64,000 bases of DNA from Candidatus Saccharimonadota bacterium (GTDB lineage: Bacteria > Patescibacteriota > Saccharimonadia > Saccharimonadales > UBA10212), in assembly GCA_022841445.1 (NCBI GenBank), contig JALHRM010000002.1:25581-89580 (forward strand), in the 5' to 3' direction. The notes beneath the pieces were generated by a model, which was not told the DNA's origin, made no database searches, and worked only from the letters and a program-made list of their open reading frames with translations. Numbering within the stretch: position 1 is the stretch's first letter; each line of letters opens with the position of its first letter. Both the position numbers and the translations under genes were made by a program. This document shows positions 39,590-49,789 of the stretch, piece by piece.

Positions 39590-39613
39590 TCGAATCCCTC
39601 CGCCCTAGCCAAG
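39590..39613 (+). repeat. 24-nt exact copy of the tRNA-Gln 3' end (att-like)
   Basis: TCGAATCCCTCCGCCCTAGCCAAG at 39400-39423 and 39590-39613. Confidence 0.95.
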
Positions 39614-39625
39614 TATTTTTTATAC

Positions 39626-39654
39626 TTGCTTATATGTCTTAATACTTGTATAAT
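39626..39654 (+). promoter_or_regulatory. Sigma70-type promoter
   Basis: TTGCTT-17 nt-TATAAT. Confidence 0.7.
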
Positions 39655-39681
39655 AATCTTTTGGTTTGGAGACATACACTG

Positions 39682-41679
39682 GTGACTGAAGCAGTTTTTG
39701 GTTCATACAAATTGGTAGACCGTTACGCGCCTAAAGAAGCTTTACGGGGCTGGAATGCAGATCAATTTCTTGAAGGCGGCCTGCAAGGCCATTTAGACTC
39801 TGACTTGGCTGTCAGACAGCCGGGCAATATAGATGGCTATATGTTAGCCACTCTCCCGCCAGAAGCCTTGCCTGAGCTCTATAGCCATACCGTATTCGTC
39901 CTGCCAGAGGAGGGAGCAAAGAGCATCGGCACCGTGCATCAGCTCCCCATCAAGACAGTTAAGGGACTGCACGGTTTTATTCATGATTCAGTTATTTCTA
40001 TTATGCGGTCTGCTGCTGCTAATGGCGACCGGGTAACCACGGTTTACGCCAATCAACATGTGGGTCAGAACGAAGTGAACGGCCATCCTTTTAATAGCAC
40101 CTTGCTGCCCGTTCATTTTCATGTGTTCTCATACGATCAGGATGGTTTAGAAGATTATCCCGACAGGTTTCACAGGCTGGATTCATCGATTACTCAAAAC
40201 AGTTTTAATAAACACCTCCTACGAGACTCTTTGTTTCCGTTAATGGAGGATATTATCCAGCATGATCTTGCCGAACTTGACGTAGAAGTTTCACAAAATA
40301 AAAAGGGTGGGTCATTTGCGATATCAATCGGAACAACAGCTGACGAAGTATTTACTGAAAGAGAAATTGTAACTATTCGCGAGGTTAGCGCCTTGTGGGA
40401 ACTAAGAACCCAGGAACTGACAGATTGCTTCACTGATGGAGAAATCGAAGAAGCAACTGGTCGACCAACACTTTTGGGTGATGACATTATTCTTGAACGG
40501 GTAGAGGACTTCATAGGAAGGTCTGAATTCCTTGGGGAAAAGTCTATTCGATTACTTAGATTCCTTGCCAAGCACATCAAGGACGCCGATGAGGTCGATA
40601 TCTGGAGTTGGTTTTTCAAAGGACAAGCTGGTTGTATCGCATGGGAATTTGACTTTAAGACTAACAAACGTCGCATTATTCTTGCACCGCGTAGCCAGGT
40701 CGTACGATCAAAAAACTGGGCAGTATTACCAGACGGGGCCTCGCATATCGTGATAAAAGATAAGAATACTACTTTGCCACCAGAAACAACACAAGAGATT
40801 CTCGATTTTCAGCGTGGAGTAAATAGACAACTAAAAGCAATTATCGACAAACGATCCATAGTACGCGAAACACCGGATATTCACAGTAACCAGGGCGATG
40901 TATGGATTGGCGATCACACGGTTGTTAAACGATTTAGGTTTAGTGACGATCTCGCAAGGGAAGAGGCTGCACTAATATGGCTACAATCAGGACATCCAGG
41001 TATTGCACCAAAGCTTGTTTCATCAGCAGCCGAAGAAGGCCTGCTAGAAATGGAAAACGCTGGCAAAAGCTGGAAGCAAACAAATAAAAGAGATATTGGC
41101 GAGCTTATCAAGCACTTAACTCCTTTGTGGTTGGCCTTTGAGGCACCGACTTTTCCATCGAGCCTCATTGGCCAGGATATGATCAACTTGAGAATGCAGT
41201 TGTTCAACGAACAGGTGCTTTCTACTATTGCCGATGATAGCCTTAGGGAAAAAGCACGAAAGTGCATGGAGGATGTACTGGCTGCGCTATCTAGAACATC
41301 TCCAGGTATAGCTCATGTTGATGTCTCGCCGAACAATATATGCACTGACAGCAAGGGAAAAATCCGCGTTATTGATTGGTCTCGTGCAGCCTATACGTAC
41401 CCCATTATTGATATAGCAATGATCGCAGAAACATTTGGTCGCATGGTGCGTAGTGATAATGGCATTGAAATAGAATCCGAACTATGCGAATTAATTGATG
41501 CCTTGCCATTTTGCAAAGGGAATGAGGGGTTGATAAAATGCCTAGCCCTGGCCTTCGATATAAAAAAAGGAATTACGGGTCGCAGTAAGCCAAAATATAG
41601 TGACGATGAGGTAAACCGCCGACTTGAAACATTTATCAATATCGCACAGCATCACATGGCGCTGTCTATAGCTGCTTAA
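39682..41679 (+). CDS. Two-domain protein: HIT-like N-terminal region plus APH/choline-kinase-like phosphotransferase
   Basis: PVHFHVF; C-terminal VVKRF, AREEAAL, APKLV, HVDVSPNNI, IDWS; GGAG then GTG 39682. Confidence 0.65.
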   Translation: MTEAVFGSYKLVDRYAPKEALRGWNADQFLEGGLQGHLDSDLAVRQPGNIDGYMLATLPPEALPELYSHTVFVLPEEGAKSIGTVHQLPIKTVKGLHGFIHDSVISIMRSAAANGDRVTTVYANQHVGQNEVNGHPFNSTLLPVHFHVFSYDQDGLEDYPDRFHRLDSSITQNSFNKHLLRDSLFPLMEDIIQHDLAELDVEVSQNKKGGSFAISIGTTADEVFTEREIVTIREVSALWELRTQELTDCFTDGEIEEATGRPTLLGDDIILERVEDFIGRSEFLGEKSIRLLRFLAKHIKDADEVDIWSWFFKGQAGCIAWEFDFKTNKRRIILAPRSQVVRSKNWAVLPDGASHIVIKDKNTTLPPETTQEILDFQRGVNRQLKAIIDKRSIVRETPDIHSNQGDVWIGDHTVVKRFRFSDDLAREEAALIWLQSGHPGIAPKLVSSAAEEGLLEMENAGKSWKQTNKRDIGELIKHLTPLWLAFEAPTFPSSLIGQDMINLRMQLFNEQVLSTIADDSLREKARKCMEDVLAALSRTSPGIAHVDVSPNNICTDSKGKIRVIDWSRAAYTYPIIDIAMIAETFGRMVRSDNGIEIESELCELIDALPFCKGNEGLIKCLALAFDIKKGITGRSKPKYSDDEVNRRLETFINIAQHHMALSIAA

Positions 41680-41725
41680 CTCTATATATTTATTCCCTTG
41701 TATCTAACTCTGTTACCATATTGCT

Positions 41726-42823
41726 ATGTCTAAAAAACTTTCCTACCACAAAATTGTTAATTATGATGTTGCCGATCCAGCCAAAGTGCTTGCCCAAAAA
41801 GAGGGTCGAGCTACTGCAAGCAACATGCCTTTCGGGTATAGTGAACTAGAAGGTACCCGAGGTGAATCTGCCTATGTGTTTGATATGGGCGATAGATATG
41901 GTGCGCTCGTGCAAGAGGGGCTCGGCACCAAAAGCTTAGTTGCCCAAGCCGTATATGCCCAGACAGGCGAATCTCATTTTGCCGCCATTGCCAAAGATAC
42001 AGTTTCTACCTTTATAAATGACCTGGTGAGCGTTGGTGCAACCCCAGTAGTTAGTAATGCATATTGGTCCTCTAGTTCTTACGACTGGCTAGCCGATAAA
42101 AAACTTACTACTGACTTTATTAGGGGTTGGCGAGCCGCTTGTGATGAAGCAGGTGTAGTCTGGGGCGGGGGGGAAACCCAAGCGTTATCCCAGATGGTAG
42201 TTGATGGCGCTTTGGAGTTTGCCGGGTCTGTCTTTGGAGTTATAAGTCCTAAAACACAGCTTGTTACTGAAAAAAATCTAAAGGCTGGCGACGCTATCAT
42301 TGTCGTAGAATCTAGTGGTGTGCATGCTAATGGCCTCAGCCTTATCCGTGAAATAGCCTCTCAACTACCAGACAGCTACCAAACGAAATTGCCGAGTGGC
42401 ATCACATTTGGTGAAGCCGTGCTTCGACCGACACATCTTTACGCAAAGTTAGTGCGAGCATTATTTGCTGCAGATATAGACGTACACTATTTATCGAATA
42501 TTACTGGTCACGGATGGCGCAAACTTATGCGGGCTACTTCAACATTTACTTATCGGATAACGAACCTGCCAGATGTCGATGAAATATTCCCATTTATTCA
42601 AAAATATTCTGGCAATACTACAGAGGAAATGTATAGCAATTACAACATGGGGGCTGGCTACGCTATTTACATTAAACATGGTGAGGAGCTAAGAGCAACC
42701 GAAGTAATTACCGCGCTTGGGCTGAAGTGCTGGGTTGCCGGAAGAGTGGAAGAAGGTGAAAAGCAAGTCATCATTGAACCGCTAGAAATTACATTTGCCA
42801 GTGAAAGTCTCGCCGTTCGCTAA
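41726..42823 (+). CDS. purM: Phosphoribosylformylglycinamidine cyclo-ligase (AIR synthase)
   Basis: EGLGTK, INDL..GA.P, GGGET, SSGVHANGLSL, NITGHG, NMGAG. Confidence 0.88.
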   Translation: MSKKLSYHKIVNYDVADPAKVLAQKEGRATASNMPFGYSELEGTRGESAYVFDMGDRYGALVQEGLGTKSLVAQAVYAQTGESHFAAIAKDTVSTFINDLVSVGATPVVSNAYWSSSSYDWLADKKLTTDFIRGWRAACDEAGVVWGGGETQALSQMVVDGALEFAGSVFGVISPKTQLVTEKNLKAGDAIIVVESSGVHANGLSLIREIASQLPDSYQTKLPSGITFGEAVLRPTHLYAKLVRALFAADIDVHYLSNITGHGWRKLMRATSTFTYRITNLPDVDEIFPFIQKYSGNTTEEMYSNYNMGAGYAIYIKHGEELRATEVITALGLKCWVAGRVEEGEKQVIIEPLEITFASESLAVR

Positions 42824-44229
42824 ATCTCGGTTTTCCATTTTTTAGCTATCATCAGTGCCTTTTGCTCGGCGATACCGTGATAGTGTTGCTGCGGACTTTC
42901 GATGACTGATTTTTCTTGAGCGGTGAACTTTTGCCACAAATGCGACACGGTTTCGTCTGTGGACACCACTTCGTGAAGCGACTTACCGGACTCTAAAGCC
43001 TTGTGTGCAAGGGCCTTGGATGTTTCATGAGCTGACGCAAGACCATATTTAGTAAAAAGCAGATACAGTGGTTCTGCTGCAATCGCACCGCCGAGTAGGT
43101 TCAGATTACGCTGCATAGCATCTTTATCGACTTCCAAGCCAGACATAATCCGCTGCAATCGCACCGCCATTTCAGCACAAACTGCTAAGGCGATACTATA
43201 AAATCGAGCAGCCGCAGAATCAGTCAAGTCGCGTTGATGCTCGCTGGTAAGATTAAGGTTTGCGTTTACCAGTTGAGCAGTAAGTTGTTTGTTCATGCTG
43301 ACCACGTTCTCAAAATTCCAAGGATTACGTTTGTGAGCCATAGTAGAACTGCCAGTTTGACCTTTTTCAAATCTTTCGGCGACTTCGGCAATTTCGCTGC
43401 GTTGCAAATGTCGCATGTCATGGGCGAGGTTAGCCATAATTCCACCTGCAATTTGAATTTCGTCAATCAGTCGAACCACATACTCGGGAGGGATGACTTG
43501 AGTTGAATAGGGCGCAGGTTTGAGTCCAAGTGGCTCAAGCACATCGTGTTCAAAACCAACTGGGTCGTCAATGAACATGTCTAGCGCATTGTAAGCGCCC
43601 ACAGCACCAGAAAACTTACCAGGAAGCTCATCTGCCAGCGCCAATAAGGCATTACGGCTTACTCCAATGCGCTCGACATACTCGGCCATAGCAAAACCGA
43701 AGGTTACTGGTACGGCATGCTGGCCATGCGTTCGGCCAACCTGAAGCGTCGCGGCGTGCTTTTCGGTTAAATCTATGAGCGTGGCAAGCAATGCATCAAG
43801 TCTTGGGATAATGAGACCTGTTACCGCGTTTTTTAGTTGCAGGGAAGATGCTGTCGCCACAATATCGTAAGAAGTTGCACCAAAATGCACGTATGCAGCG
43901 GCGTCCTTGCCCGCCAGATTCTTCAAGCAGTTTACCAGCGCCTTTATGTCATGCTTGGTAGTTTTTTCTTCTTCATACACGTCAGCAGGCGACAATTTGA
44001 GAGCAGCCTGCTCAATCGCCATAGCATCAGTCATGCTGCAAATTTTGTGCTTGGCGAGTCCAAATGCCAAAGCAACTTCGACGTGTGCCTGGTAGGCGAT
44101 ACGCGTTGCCTCCGAAAGATATTTTGTGGTTTCGGCATCATAGTACCGTCCGTCCAGTGGGTCAATGCTGTTACCATCAAATGTCTTACTTGGGAGTACC
44201 GGGAGCTTGAAGGGCTTCATGGAATGCAT
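42820..44229 (-). CDS. purB: Adenylosuccinate lyase
   Basis: PLDGRY, HFGATSYDI, GRTHGQHA, GSSTMAHKRNP, HQRDLTDS. Confidence 0.93.
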   Translation of the reverse strand: MHSMKPFKLPVLPSKTFDGNSIDPLDGRYYDAETTKYLSEATRIAYQAHVEVALAFGLAKHKICSMTDAMAIEQAALKLSPADVYEEEKTTKHDIKALVNCLKNLAGKDAAAYVHFGATSYDIVATASSLQLKNAVTGLIIPRLDALLATLIDLTEKHAATLQVGRTHGQHAVPVTFGFAMAEYVERIGVSRNALLALADELPGKFSGAVGAYNALDMFIDDPVGFEHDVLEPLGLKPAPYSTQVIPPEYVVRLIDEIQIAGGIMANLAHDMRHLQRSEIAEVAERFEKGQTGSSTMAHKRNPWNFENVVSMNKQLTAQLVNANLNLTSEHQRDLTDSAAARFYSIALAVCAEMAVRLQRIMSGLEVDKDAMQRNLNLLGGAIAAEPLYLLFTKYGLASAHETSKALAHKALESGKSLHEVVSTDETVSHLWQKFTAQEKSVIESPQQHYHGIAEQKALMIAKKWKTEI

Positions 44230-44231
44230 TT

Positions 44232-45197
44232 TTACTTCTCCTTACGATTTATAAGTGCTTGCTCGATGTTAATTTTGATTCGTTCCATAGGATCTTTACT
44301 GTAATCTGCAGGTACAAATTGTTCACCAGTTAACACCTCATACAGTTCTATGTAACGATTGGACACGTTTTGAATAAATTCATCGCTCAACTGCGGAACT
44401 TTCTGCTCCGGCTGCCCGCTAAATCCTTCCGTAAGCAACCATTCTCGGACAAATTCTTTAGACAGATGACGAGGCGTTTCAGTTGTCTTACCAATAACAA
44501 AATCATTGTAACTATCCCCGTAAAAATAGCGTGATGAATCGGGGGTATGTATTTCGTCTATGACGTGCAGAGTGGAGTCCAGTGTACCAAACTCATATTT
44601 AGTGTCTGCTAAGTACAAGCCTCGGCGAGCAGCCATTTGCTGAGCTTGTGCAAATAATTTTAAGGCGACATCGGCTATTTCTTCCCATTGTTCGTAGGTG
44701 GCGAGCCCGGTGCTAACAACGTCATTAGCACTTATATCTTCGTCATGGCCTGCTTCGGCCTTAGTTGCCGGGGTTATTATGGGTGAGTTGAAGCGATCGT
44801 ATTGCTTCATGCCATCAGGCATCGATACGCCACAAAGTTCACGTTTGCCGCTGGTGTATTCTCGCCAGGCATGACCTACCAAACAATCTCGTACAACAAC
44901 TTCAACTTTAAACGGCTTACAAAGGTGACCAATGGAAACATTGGGGTCAGGAGTAGCAATTAACCAATTCGGAACGATGTTTGATGAGGCCGTCAGAAAA
45001 TAGGCCGCTAACTGATTCAGTACTTGGCCTTTATGAGGAATTGGACGCGGTAGGATCACATCAAATGCTGATATACGGTCGGTCGCTACCATCACAAGTA
45101 TACCGTCGAATTCATAAACATCTCGAACTTTACCGTGGTAGACATTTTTTTGACCGGCAAATCGAAAATCAGTCTGTGAGATAGTGGAAATACTCAT
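44232..45197 (-). CDS. purC: SAICAR synthetase
   Basis: GKVRDVY, TDRISAFD, TPATKA, LADTKYEFG, DEIHTPDSSR. Confidence 0.96.
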   Translation of the reverse strand: MSISTISQTDFRFAGQKNVYHGKVRDVYEFDGILVMVATDRISAFDVILPRPIPHKGQVLNQLAAYFLTASSNIVPNWLIATPDPNVSIGHLCKPFKVEVVVRDCLVGHAWREYTSGKRELCGVSMPDGMKQYDRFNSPIITPATKAEAGHDEDISANDVVSTGLATYEQWEEIADVALKLFAQAQQMAARRGLYLADTKYEFGTLDSTLHVIDEIHTPDSSRYFYGDSYNDFVIGKTTETPRHLSKEFVREWLLTEGFSGQPEQKVPQLSDEFIQNVSNRYIELYEVLTGEQFVPADYSKDPMERIKINIEQALINRKEK

Positions 45198-45249
45198 ATA
45201 TTCAACTCTTATTGTAGCTGGGAGTCAAAAAAGTTACTATATGCTAAAG

Positions 45250-46383
45250 ATGAATAGCGTTCAGGTAATTGGAATTGTTGGTGGCGGACAGCTTGGCCGC
45301 ATGCTAACACTTGCGGCAAAGCCACTTGGTTTTGATGTCGTTGTTGTAGATCCAGGTGATAATTGTCCGGCGGCCCAAGTAGGGGCAAAACAAATACAGG
45401 CTGATTTGTACGACGAAAACGCACTTAGCGAATTATCAGAAAGAGCCGACTACATCACCGTAGAAATAGAGCACCTCGACGCCAATGTTCTTGAACGGCT
45501 CGCTCGCGGCGGTGCCAAGATTAATCCATCGCCAAAGACCATTAGTCTCATCCAAGATAAGTACGAACAGAAAGTATTTTTAGCAGAACGAAGTATACCG
45601 GTCGCGGAGTTCACTATAGTCAACAGCCAAAAAGACGCTACCCAAGCATTGAGCAACTTCGGGGGTGTAATGCTGCTAAAGACAAGACACGGGGCATACG
45701 ATGGCAGAGGCAACACTAAAATTACTAACGCATCAGAACTTGATGCAGCCCTAGCCGAGTTTGGTAGCAAAACGCTGTATGCAGAAGCCTACGTACCCTT
45801 CGTAAAAGAGTTGGCCGTCATGGTAGCTCGAGATATGAACGGCAATGTTGCTACATACCCGATTGTTGAAACTACTCATGAGCGCAACATTTGTACGATA
45901 GTTCAAGCGCCGGCTAACATCTCAAACTCAATAAATAATCAAGCTATAGAAGTCGCTACAAATGTCGCAAATCAACTGGAAGGCGCGGGAGTATTTGGAA
46001 TTGAGATGTTTCTCAATAAACAAGAGGAGATTCTGATTAACGAAATTGCTCCGAGAGTGCACAATTCCGGCCATTACACGATGGATGCCTGCTATACCTC
46101 ACAGTTCGAACAACACATCCGGGCAATCAGCGGGTTACCGCTCGGCTCTTCGGCAATGTACGTGCCTGCAGCTGCCATGATTAATATTCTCGGTGAGCAT
46201 GACCGACCGACTGTCGTCAAAAACCTCAAAGAAGTCCTGAGCAAACCAGCTACTCATGTGCATTTGTATGGTAAATCACCAACAAAAGTAGACCGTAAGA
46301 TGGGGCATATAAACGTAACTGCAATTAACGCTGAAACAGCTTTGAAAGTAGCCAAAGCAGCAAGAAACAAACTGGAGATATAA
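45250..46383 (+). CDS. purK: N5-CAIR synthase (ATP-grasp)
   Basis: GGGQLGRM, YDGRG, NEIAPRVHNSGH, LYGK...RKMGH. Confidence 0.96.
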   Translation: MNSVQVIGIVGGGQLGRMLTLAAKPLGFDVVVVDPGDNCPAAQVGAKQIQADLYDENALSELSERADYITVEIEHLDANVLERLARGGAKINPSPKTISLIQDKYEQKVFLAERSIPVAEFTIVNSQKDATQALSNFGGVMLLKTRHGAYDGRGNTKITNASELDAALAEFGSKTLYAEAYVPFVKELAVMVARDMNGNVATYPIVETTHERNICTIVQAPANISNSINNQAIEVATNVANQLEGAGVFGIEMFLNKQEEILINEIAPRVHNSGHYTMDACYTSQFEQHIRAISGLPLGSSAMYVPAAAMINILGEHDRPTVVKNLKEVLSKPATHVHLYGKSPTKVDRKMGHINVTAINAETALKVAKAARNKLEI

Positions 46384-46889
46384 TGAGTAGCCACGAACCA
46401 ATCGTAGGAATAATCATGGGGTCTGATTCAGATCTAGACATCATGCAAGCGGCGGCCGATACACTCGACGAATTTAATGTGCCACACGAGGTGCGAATCA
46501 TTTCCGCGCACCGCACACCGGACATTATGGCTGACTACGCAAATAGTTCGGCGGGCAGGGGATTAAGGGTGATCATTGCTGGGGCAGGTGGGTCAGCGCA
46601 TCTACCAGGAATGACTGCGTCACACACCACACTGCCGGTGATTGCCGTACCGATCAAGCGTGCTGAGACCGATCACGAAGCCTTGTGGTCGAATATCAAA
46701 ATGCCACCCGGTGTGCCACTCGCCACGCTTCCCGAAAATGGTGCGAGAAACGCCGCCTTATTTGCTATTGAAATTCTTGCACTTAATGATGATAAACTGC
46801 GTGAGTTGTATGAGAAATTCAAAACACGTCAGCGTGAAATGGTCATAGACACTGACCAAAAAATACGTGAAGAAACTTCCCAAAGCTAA
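46383..46889 (+). CDS. purE: N5-CAIR mutase
   Basis: IMGSDSD, SAHRTP, AGAGGSAHLPG, MPPGVP. Confidence 0.97.
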   Translation: MSSHEPIVGIIMGSDSDLDIMQAAADTLDEFNVPHEVRIISAHRTPDIMADYANSSAGRGLRVIIAGAGGSAHLPGMTASHTTLPVIAVPIKRAETDHEALWSNIKMPPGVPLATLPENGARNAALFAIEILALNDDKLRELYEKFKTRQREMVIDTDQKIREETSQS

Positions 46890-46910
46890 GAAATGTTGTA
46901 AAATACCGAT

Positions 46911-47705
46911 ATGCGTTGTACTGAGCCCCTCAGGGGGAAGAGTTTGTTTGCTGCCGATTTTGATGGAACACTGTTCCTAACTTCGGAGCCGAGTCCTGAC
47001 GGCACGACTGTTAATAGTGCTTATTTTGATGCCATTGACTATCACATAGGAACAGATGCATCTGCAGAGTTTGCGGAGACTGGTGGGCATCGTCACCGAT
47101 CACCTGCCGAAATTGTACTTTCGCTGGTAGGTATAGAGAACGCAGCTCGAGTTGCTACATTGGAGGGTCGGATTACCACTACCAAATTAGAGATTTTAGA
47201 GGGGTGCATCGGCCAAAATCTTGACGACGGTGTGAAATGGCCGCGACCAATGAACGGCTTTCTTGAATTTTGGGCGAATCTGCAACAAGCAAGAAGCAGC
47301 GGGTATCCGATAGGATCAGCCATTATATCGGCAGGTCATACTTCGTTTATCAGTAGAACATTCCAGGCCCATGACTTGCTACCTCCTGATGTCCTGGTGA
47401 CTGACGATGTCAGACTTGGACTTGGGCTGACGACACCACTGGATCAACAAGTGAAGCCCGCCCCCTTTATGTTGCACCAAGCTCAGCGAGTTTGGATAGA
47501 GCAATATAGTCACAGTTCATCCGTCCCTAGAACAATTTATGTCGGCGACGACCCTGTTCGTGATGGTGGGATGGCGGCAAATGCAGGTGTGGAATTCGTG
47601 CTTATTTCTCAAGAGAATGCTTCCGATGCATGGGCAAGGATCTCCACTTTTCTAGGTCTTGGCACCACTGCCTTAAACGTGGCTGCAAACGGACACCAAA
47701 AATAG
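46911..47705 (+). CDS. HAD-family hydrolase
   Basis: DFDGTL, KP.P, YVGDD..RD. Confidence 0.85.
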   Translation: MRCTEPLRGKSLFAADFDGTLFLTSEPSPDGTTVNSAYFDAIDYHIGTDASAEFAETGGHRHRSPAEIVLSLVGIENAARVATLEGRITTTKLEILEGCIGQNLDDGVKWPRPMNGFLEFWANLQQARSSGYPIGSAIISAGHTSFISRTFQAHDLLPPDVLVTDDVRLGLGLTTPLDQQVKPAPFMLHQAQRVWIEQYSHSSSVPRTIYVGDDPVRDGGMAANAGVEFVLISQENASDAWARISTFLGLGTTALNVAANGHQK

Positions 47706-48238
47706 TGAACAATTGGTATGTACTCACCGGCGGACCAAGTACCGGTAAATCTACCGTACTTAGTAGACTTGCTTCTGCCGGTTACACCATATTTGAAGAA
47801 GCCGCGCGGCTATACATAGACGAACAAATTGCCACAGGAAGAACTCTTTCTGACATTCGAGGCAACGAAAGAGAATTCCAAGAAAAAATCTTTGACATAA
47901 AGTCGGTTACTGAACAAAATCACGATGAAAGCGTCGTGTCGATATTTGAACGAGGCATCCCTGACAGTGTTGCCTATTACCAATACTACGGATGGCGTGT
48001 ACCAGAAAAGATGAAAAAGCTGGTCGGTGAAGCAGCTTACCGGAAAGTCTTTCTTCTTGATCCACTTAAAATATTTACTAAAGATTATGCTCGAACTGAA
48101 GACAAGCAGTTCACCGAAGATCTAGACGAACTCCTGTATAGCGCATATGCCGATTTAGGCATCGAAGTGGTCCGAGTCCCGCTCGTGCCAGTTAGCCAAA
48201 GAGTTAAGCTTATTATCGAGCATATTCAAAACGACTAA
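47705..48238 (+). CDS. AAA_28 (NadR-type) P-loop ATPase/kinase
   Basis: LTGGPSTGKST, E.AR, ERGIPD..AY; GTG start overlapping upstream stop. Confidence 0.85.
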   Translation: MNNWYVLTGGPSTGKSTVLSRLASAGYTIFEEAARLYIDEQIATGRTLSDIRGNEREFQEKIFDIKSVTEQNHDESVVSIFERGIPDSVAYYQYYGWRVPEKMKKLVGEAAYRKVFLLDPLKIFTKDYARTEDKQFTEDLDELLYSAYADLGIEVVRVPLVPVSQRVKLIIEHIQND

Positions 48239-48320
48239 ACACAGTTTATTTTCAGGCATTAGCATCTATAATTATGCATGTATAATAAGTAATAACGACG
48301 TTACATAACTAGAGGATACG

Positions 48321-49787
48321 GTGTCAAAGCAACAATACCTTACTGATTATTTGCATAAAAACGCTGCGAATCACCCCGATAAAACAGCTCTTGTTTTTAA
48401 TGATGAGGTTTTTACCTGGCAACAACTTGATGATTTAGTGGTTACTGCAAGCGCAGCATTGGCTGACAAAGTGCCCAGTGACAAGCAGTGTGTTATCGGC
48501 CTGCTATTTGCCAACGGCTGGGAATTCATCGTAGCTTATTTGGCAATATTGGACCGCGGCCATATTGCCATGCCATTTGATGTTACGCACAAAGCTCTCG
48601 AAATCGGCGCGATTATTGATCAGATGAAACCGCAGCTCATCATCACTAACAATCGCCAAAAATCAGTCTTGCCAGCTAGCCACCCGACAATATTACTTTC
48701 TGAACTACTTAATACTGATAAGCCCGCTACTGAAGGCCTGCGGCTTACTCCGGAGACACAAATAGCCACACTATTATTTACCTCGGGCACAACCGGAAAG
48801 CCAAAGGCCACACCTTACACCCATGCTAATCACATATGGAATATCAAAGTTACTTCAAAAGTAGTGCATTGGAATAACGACGATACGATGCTGCTGTCAT
48901 TGCCGCTTTCCCATTGGCACGGACTCGTTATGGGCTTATCTGGCATTATTTATCATGGTAATACTTTGTACCTGCATGAACGTTTCGACCCAGTAAAAAC
49001 ACTCCAAGCTCTTTCTAGCGGCAACATCAGTATTTACACACACATTTCCATTGCATATATAGAAATGGTAAAGCAACCAGAATCCGCCGACTATGATGTC
49101 AGTAATGTAAAGGTACTCATATCGGCTTCATCGGCTCTTCCTCCGGCTGTGTCAGAAGAATTCAAGCGACGCTTTCACCACGATATTTTAGAGTGTTACG
49201 GGTCGAGCGAAACAGGGAGAATCGCCAGCAATACACCAGAAGATCTACACATAGGCACACCGGGCAAGCTACTCCCCGGAGTTAAAGCTCGAGTAAATAA
49301 AGATAATGAGCTGGAGATAGTTTCTCCAGGATTATTCCCGGGTTACTACAATAACGATCTAGCAACAAAAGAAAAATTTACACCCGATGGCTGGTGGAAG
49401 ACTGGTGATATTGTAGAACTAAAAGATGGCTATTTGCTACTGAAGGGCAGGATACAAGAACGCATTAAGCGAAATGGTTTAACCCTTTACCCACGAGATA
49501 TTGAGTGGGCGCTCATGCAACATCCAAAAATGAAAGAAGCATTCGTAATGGGAGTGCAGCAGCAGTACAACCCTAGCGATACGCTGGTCTACTTTTTGGT
49601 AACAACACTGAGCGTAGGTGAAGTAGTTGATTTTTCGAAACAATCATTGCCTGCTGCCTGGCGAGCAGACCATATACTAATTCTTGATATTTTTCCGAAA
49701 CTGAGTAATGGCAAACCAAAACTGGGTGAGCTTAAAAAAATGGCCGAACAGCGCATCGGTGATGCAACATCGGAGCGACCCAAGTAA
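48321..49787 (+). CDS. Class I adenylate-forming acyl-CoA synthetase (MatB/fatty acyl-like)
   Basis: FTSGTTGKPK, LPLSHWHGL, YGSSET, KTGD, GR, NGK. Confidence 0.9.
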   Translation: MSKQQYLTDYLHKNAANHPDKTALVFNDEVFTWQQLDDLVVTASAALADKVPSDKQCVIGLLFANGWEFIVAYLAILDRGHIAMPFDVTHKALEIGAIIDQMKPQLIITNNRQKSVLPASHPTILLSELLNTDKPATEGLRLTPETQIATLLFTSGTTGKPKATPYTHANHIWNIKVTSKVVHWNNDDTMLLSLPLSHWHGLVMGLSGIIYHGNTLYLHERFDPVKTLQALSSGNISIYTHISIAYIEMVKQPESADYDVSNVKVLISASSALPPAVSEEFKRRFHHDILECYGSSETGRIASNTPEDLHIGTPGKLLPGVKARVNKDNELEIVSPGLFPGYYNNDLATKEKFTPDGWWKTGDIVELKDGYLLLKGRIQERIKRNGLTLYPRDIEWALMQHPKMKEAFVMGVQQQYNPSDTLVYFLVTTLSVGEVVDFSKQSLPAAWRADHILILDIFPKLSNGKPKLGELKKMAEQRIGDATSERPK

Positions 49788-49789
49788 AA

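Noticed and set aside
39221..39613. CRISPR array or intron-containing tRNA explanation for the repeats
   Set aside because: The repeats are two different tRNA fragments, each present twice; no cas genes; the central tRNA is intact and no group I/II core was recognised
39614..48238. Integrated genomic island or prophage at tRNA-Gln carrying the kinase and pur genes
   Set aside because: The att-like repeat closes at 39613, before these genes; no integrase, phage genes or distal repeat found
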